Below the pieces are notes generated by a model that saw only the letters and a list, made by a program, of their open reading frames with translations, ran no database searches and was not told where the DNA came from. Positions 60,255 through 64,000 of a stretch of 64,000 bases of DNA are shown here, piece by piece. Each line of letters opens with the position of its first letter. Positions within the stretch are counted from its first letter, which is position 1. Source of the stretch: an uncultured Verrucomicrobiae bacterium (GTDB lineage: Bacteria > Verrucomicrobiota > Verrucomicrobiia > Limisphaerales > Palsa-1400). A program made the translations under genes and the position numbers. The stretch lies in NCBI GenBank assembly GCA_963764165.1, contig CAVXRD010000002.1, positions 1,568,001 to 1,632,000 on the forward strand, written 5' to 3'.

Positions 60255-63200
60255 TTATTTTGAAGGAAGCAGGGACACCACCTCGGCCCGCAGACGCGCG
60301 GCGTCCTTGTCCCGCGGGGCATATTGCAAAGCGCGGCGGCTGAGGAAATCCGCCTCGGAGAAGCGGCAGGGATTATTGGTCTCGTCCACGGTGAGCCGGG
60401 CAATCTTGGCAAGCAGAAATCCATTGGTGGGGGCGGCGGCCAGCAGTTCGCGCAACTCCCCAAGCCGATCCTCGGCGGCCATCCGCTTGATGTAATCGCT
60501 CATCATCACATCGCTGCTCCACGAGATAGTTCGTGTGGATGGATCGCTCAAAAACCAGCGGGCCCAGCGGTTCCACGGATTTTCTCTGTCCGCGTCGCGC
60601 AACTGTTTGCGAAGAGCCAGAATTTCAGCGGCGGGTGTTAACAATTCCGTCCCGTTTTCCCGGTAACGTATACCCGCCACGCCTTCGGCCAAGGCGGGCA
60701 GCCAGCCTGGCGCGGGACCGGGCGGCTGCGTTTCATGCCAGACGGACACGTCGTCCATGGCGTGGGCCGAAACGAAAGTGCTCCAGTCTGGTGAGCCAAT
60801 AATGCGTGCCACCGGCAACGGATCGTTCATTGGCAGTCCCGTTCGAGCATCCCATCGCCGCGCATTCAGGACAGTTGACAAGGTCAGCAGTTGCCGGCCG
60901 TCGCTGGAAAACTCGACTGGGAACGCCCCTTCCCCATGAAGCATTGGCGCCCCGATGCGCGCACCGGTGACGGCATCCCACAAGAAAGCGTAACCTTTCA
61001 GATCGCCGGTCGCCAGAACCCTCCCGTCCGGGCTGGCCACAGCGGCGGTGACCGCGTCGCGATGGCGCAACGTGAGGCGCGGGGCGGCGGGCGCCGCCAG
61101 CGACCATATCCGGACGGTCGAATCCAGGGCGCGAGTCAAAATGGAGCGGCCATCGCGGCTGAAATCGGCCGCCACTCCCGGGCCGTCCAGAGGCAGGTCT
61201 GCCACCAGGGCGCCCGTATGCGCGTCCCACAGCCGGGCGTGAAGTTCGTAGCATCCAGTAAGAATCAGGCGTCCGTCCGGACTGTAAGCACCGCTGACCA
61301 GAACGTGCCCGAACCTCTCTGCGCTCGACGTGCAAGCCACCGGGCCGAGAGTGAATTTCCCGCTGCCCGGATCAATCTCAGCCCATTCATTGCCCGTGGT
61401 AACGAGAACAGCCGATCCATCCGGGCTGAATTGGAGGGCGCGCCACGCTTTGTCCACAGGTGGGTGGATAGCCGTGATTGAACCGCTGGAAAGATCCACC
61501 AGCGTCATATTTGTTCCTGCGCTGATGACAGCCCGTGTCCATGCGCTGTTGGTGATAAACGATTCCGCTCCACCGTCGATGGAATTTACAATCGTGCGTT
61601 TGACGGCAAGCGCCTTCGCATCCCAGACGCGGATGGCGCCTGATTGTTCAACCGTAAAGAATTCGTCGCGCCCCGGCCCCCACGAACACACAAAAGTGGA
61701 GCCGGGCGCACGCTTTCGCAGGGGCCATACTCGGCGTGGCCGGACATCCCATAATGCGGGGGCATCTCCGGGGCCTCCTGTTAACAAATACTGGCCCGTT
61801 TCATCAAATTGAATGACCGATAGAATGTCCTTATGGCGAATTGGCTCGATGACCTCCCTTCCCGAATGCACGTCCCAGATCTGCACGGTGGCGTCGCGAC
61901 CTCCTGTGGCCACCCGCTGGCCATCCGGGCTGAAAGCGCATGCCATGATATAGCCGGGGTGTCCGTTATACGCAAAAAGCTTTTGGCCGGTTTTCGCGTC
62001 AAAGAGATAAACGGGGGCATCTTCAGTCGCGACGGCAATGCGGGAGCTATCAGGGCTGAATGTGCCGCCCGAGATATTGGTCACCTCCAGGCGCGCGATA
62101 AGGCGGCCAGAAGGGAACTCCCAAAGTCCCGGAAAAGCCTTGTCTGGGAAAGTCATTATTCGCGTCGCATCTGGGCTAATCGCGGCAACGCCCACTTCAG
62201 CGGACTCATTCAGCGTGCATGCCAGTTTGAAGGCATTGGTTGCTTCCCAAATCTTGGCGGTGTGATCAGACGCGGCGGTAATTAAGTAACGGTTGCCCGG
62301 GGTGAACTGAAACCATTGGACGGCGTCATTATGCGCCCGCCATCGGACTTGGCGTCCTCCCGGCTTCCGATCGATTGCCGCCACATCGCCGTTGGTGAAT
62401 CCAACGACGAACAGCGACCCATCCGGACTTAGCTCCATCGCCTCCGACGCTCCCGGGAATGAATATGATGAAATGCGCCCACCCGCGTCGGCGTTCCACA
62501 CCACAACCTCTCCCGCTGAAGTCATGGCGATGGCAACTTTGCCATTGGTGCTGACGCTCTCTTGAAGAACGCCGTTGGAAAAGATAATCGGCGAACCCAG
62601 TGGCGTTCCAGTTTGCGCATTCCAGAAACGGAGGGTGTTGCGCATTCCCGCGACAACAACCCTGCTGGCATCTGGTGTCATCACCATCGAGTAAAGGCTC
62701 GATCCATCCTCAAAGGGCGCGGATGCGACTTGGGCCAGCGGATGATTCTCAAGCGCTGACCGCAGCCGCTCGCCCGCCGTGGAATCGGACAGATCGAGGC
62801 GCAGATTGGCGGCCAGGGTGGCCAGCGCTTCGTATGGTTTGCCTTTGCCGGACGCTTTGTCGATTTTGAACAGCTCTTCCGCCTGCAAGGCTTGAATGCG
62901 CATGGTGGTCTGAATCAGCGAGGCCCGGGCATGCTCGGCCCGCCGCCATTCCAGCGTCACTCCCACCGCCGCCGCCAGCATGATGATGGTCAGCAGGGCG
63001 CACAGCGCGGAAACCACCGGATTCCGGCGCGCCCGCATCATCTGCCGCTTCCGCCAGCTTGTTCGGCGCGCCTTGATCGGAAGTCCTTTGAGCCAAAGGC
63101 CAAGGTCCTCGGCCAGTTCCCTGGCGCTGTCATAGCGGTCAGCCGGAGCTTTGGCGAGGCACTTGAGGCAAATAATCTCCAATTCTTCCGGCACTTTGGG

Positions 63201-64000
63201 CTTTAATCGGCGTGGTGGGACTGGCTCAACGGAGGCCACGTTGGCCAAGAGCTGCGGAACGGAGTCTCCGGAGAAGGGCGCAGACCCTGCCAGGAGATAA
63301 TAAAGCACCGCTCCCAGCGAATAAATGTCCGACCGATTTGTCGGCGCGGACATGGTGCCGGCAAGCTGTTCAGGCGCGGTATACGCCGGTGTTCCCAGCA
63401 CTTGACCGGTGATTGTGAGAGGGTTCTGGTCGTCCAAACGCTTGGCGACGCCGAAGTCGGTCAGGAGCAGGCGGCCTCGCTCGTCCACCAGGACATTGGT
63501 CGGTTTGAGATCGCGATGGAATATGCCGCAGTCATGAACATGCTGCACTGTTTCCGCCACCACGCGCACGGTCTCCGCCGCTTTCTCCCACGATAGCGTT
63601 TCCGTGCCTCGAAAGTCGGCCAGCGTTTTTTTGCCCCGGATGAATTCCATGACAAAATAGGGCTGGCCGAAATACTCTCCCGTCCCATGCACCGGCACAA
63701 TGTGGGGATGCTGCAGGCTGGCCACGATTTTGGCCTCCTCCTGAAACCGGCGCAGGAATGCCTCGTCAGCAAACGGGCTGTGCAGAATGACCTTGATGGC
63801 CACCTCCCGCTTCAAGCTGATCTGCCGGGCGCGGTAAACGACGCCCATGCTGCCGCGGCTGATTTCCTCGCTTAATTCAAAATCGCCGAAGACGCGGATC
63901 GATCCCGGCGGCAGCGGGCTGTTGGTGGCCAGAATTTCCGGCGGAGGATCCAAATCCTGGGTGGTGGAATTGGCAGCCAGGCAACGGAGGCACAACCCCT
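60255..64000 (-). CDS. Hanks-type Ser/Thr protein kinase with TM and WD40 repeats (5' end outside the window)
   Basis: GSMGVVY, VAIK, HRDLKPTN, DFG, GTPAYTAPE, DIYSLG. Many FSPDG/WD repeats. Confidence 0.93.
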   Translation of the reverse strand, partial: GLCLRCLAANSTTQDLDPPPEILATNSPLPPGSIRVFGDFELSEEISRGSMGVVYRARQISLKREVAIKVILHSPFADEAFLRRFQEEAKIVASLQHPHIVPVHGTGEYFGQPYFVMEFIRGKKTLADFRGTETLSWEKAAETVRVVAETVQHVHDCGIFHRDLKPTNVLVDERGRLLLTDFGVAKRLDDQNPLTITGQVLGTPAYTAPEQLAGTMSAPTNRSDIYSLGAVLYYLLAGSAPFSGDSVPQLLANVASVEPVPPRRLKPKVPEELEIICLKCLAKAPADRYDSARELAEDLGLWLKGLPIKARRTSWRKRQMMRARRNPVVSALCALLTIIMLAAAVGVTLEWRRAEHARASLIQTTMRIQALQAEELFKIDKASGKGKPYEALATLAANLRLDLSDSTAGERLRSALENHPLAQVASAPFEDGSSLYSMVMTPDASRVVVAGMRNTLRFWNAQTGTPLGSPIIFSNGVLQESVSTNGKVAIAMTSAGEVVVWNADAGGRISSYSFPGASEAMELSPDGSLFVVGFTNGDVAAIDRKPGGRQVRWRAHNDAVQWFQFTPGNRYLITAASDHTAKIWEATNAFKLACTLNESAEVGVAAISPDATRIMTFPDKAFPGLWEFPSGRLIARLEVTNISGGTFSPDSSRIAVATEDAPVYLFDAKTGQKLFAYNGHPGYIMACAFSPDGQRVATGGRDATVQIWDVHSGREVIEPIRHKDILSVIQFDETGQYLLTGGPGDAPALWDVRPRRVWPLRKRAPGSTFVCSWGPGRDEFFTVEQSGAIRVWDAKALAVKRTIVNSIDGGAESFITNSAWTRAVISAGTNMTLVDLSSGSITAIHPPVDKAWRALQFSPDGSAVLVTTGNEWAEIDPGSGKFTLGPVACTSSAERFGHVLVSGAYSPDGRLILTGCYELHARLWDAHTGALVADLPLDGPGVAADFSRDGRSILTRALDSTVRIWSLAAPAAPRLTLRHRDAVTAAVASPDGRVLATGDLKGYAFLWDAVTGARIGAPMLHGEGAFPVEFSSDGRQLLTLSTVLNARRWDARTGLPMNDPLPVARIIGSPDWSTFVSAHAMDDVSVWHETQPPGPAPGWLPALAEGVAGIRYRENGTELLTPAAEILALRKQLRDADRENPWNRWARWFLSDPSTRTISWSSDVMMSDYIKRMAAEDRLGELRELLAAAPTNGFLLAKIARLTVDETNNPCRFSEADFLSRRALQYAPRDKDAARLRAEVVSLLPSK

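Overview
GC-rich bacterial chromosomal window, probably Verrucomicrobiota (Pedosphaera-like). This is inferred from gene content: a prepilin-like secreted protein, a BspA-like protein with an 'STNL..W...RYYR' tail, a kinase-WD40 protein and a propeller hybrid kinase. Housekeeping genes (aroE, prepilin peptidase, uvrA, fumC, obgE-rpmA-rplU, infA) are interleaved with several accessory blocks. These are an ECF42-type sigma cluster, a type I restriction-modification operon with an ABC-ATPase + HNH pair (PtuAB/Septu-like) between hsdS and hsdR, a stress-type small-protein/GT4/GH130 cluster, and an intact-looking IS630 with TIRs, TA duplication and slippery site. Intergenic DNA is unusually full of short inverted-repeat elements from several families. 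The most novel signal is a GxxExxY-family gene whose terminal 10-bp-period triple repeats, and remnants of its own 5' and 3' coding ends, recur as ~130-150 bp internally deleted copies across the window. This suggests an autonomous/non-autonomous mobile element pair. Three single-base frameshifts (obgE, HNH gene, hsdM) are probably sequencing indels. No rRNA, tRNA or CRISPR array was seen.
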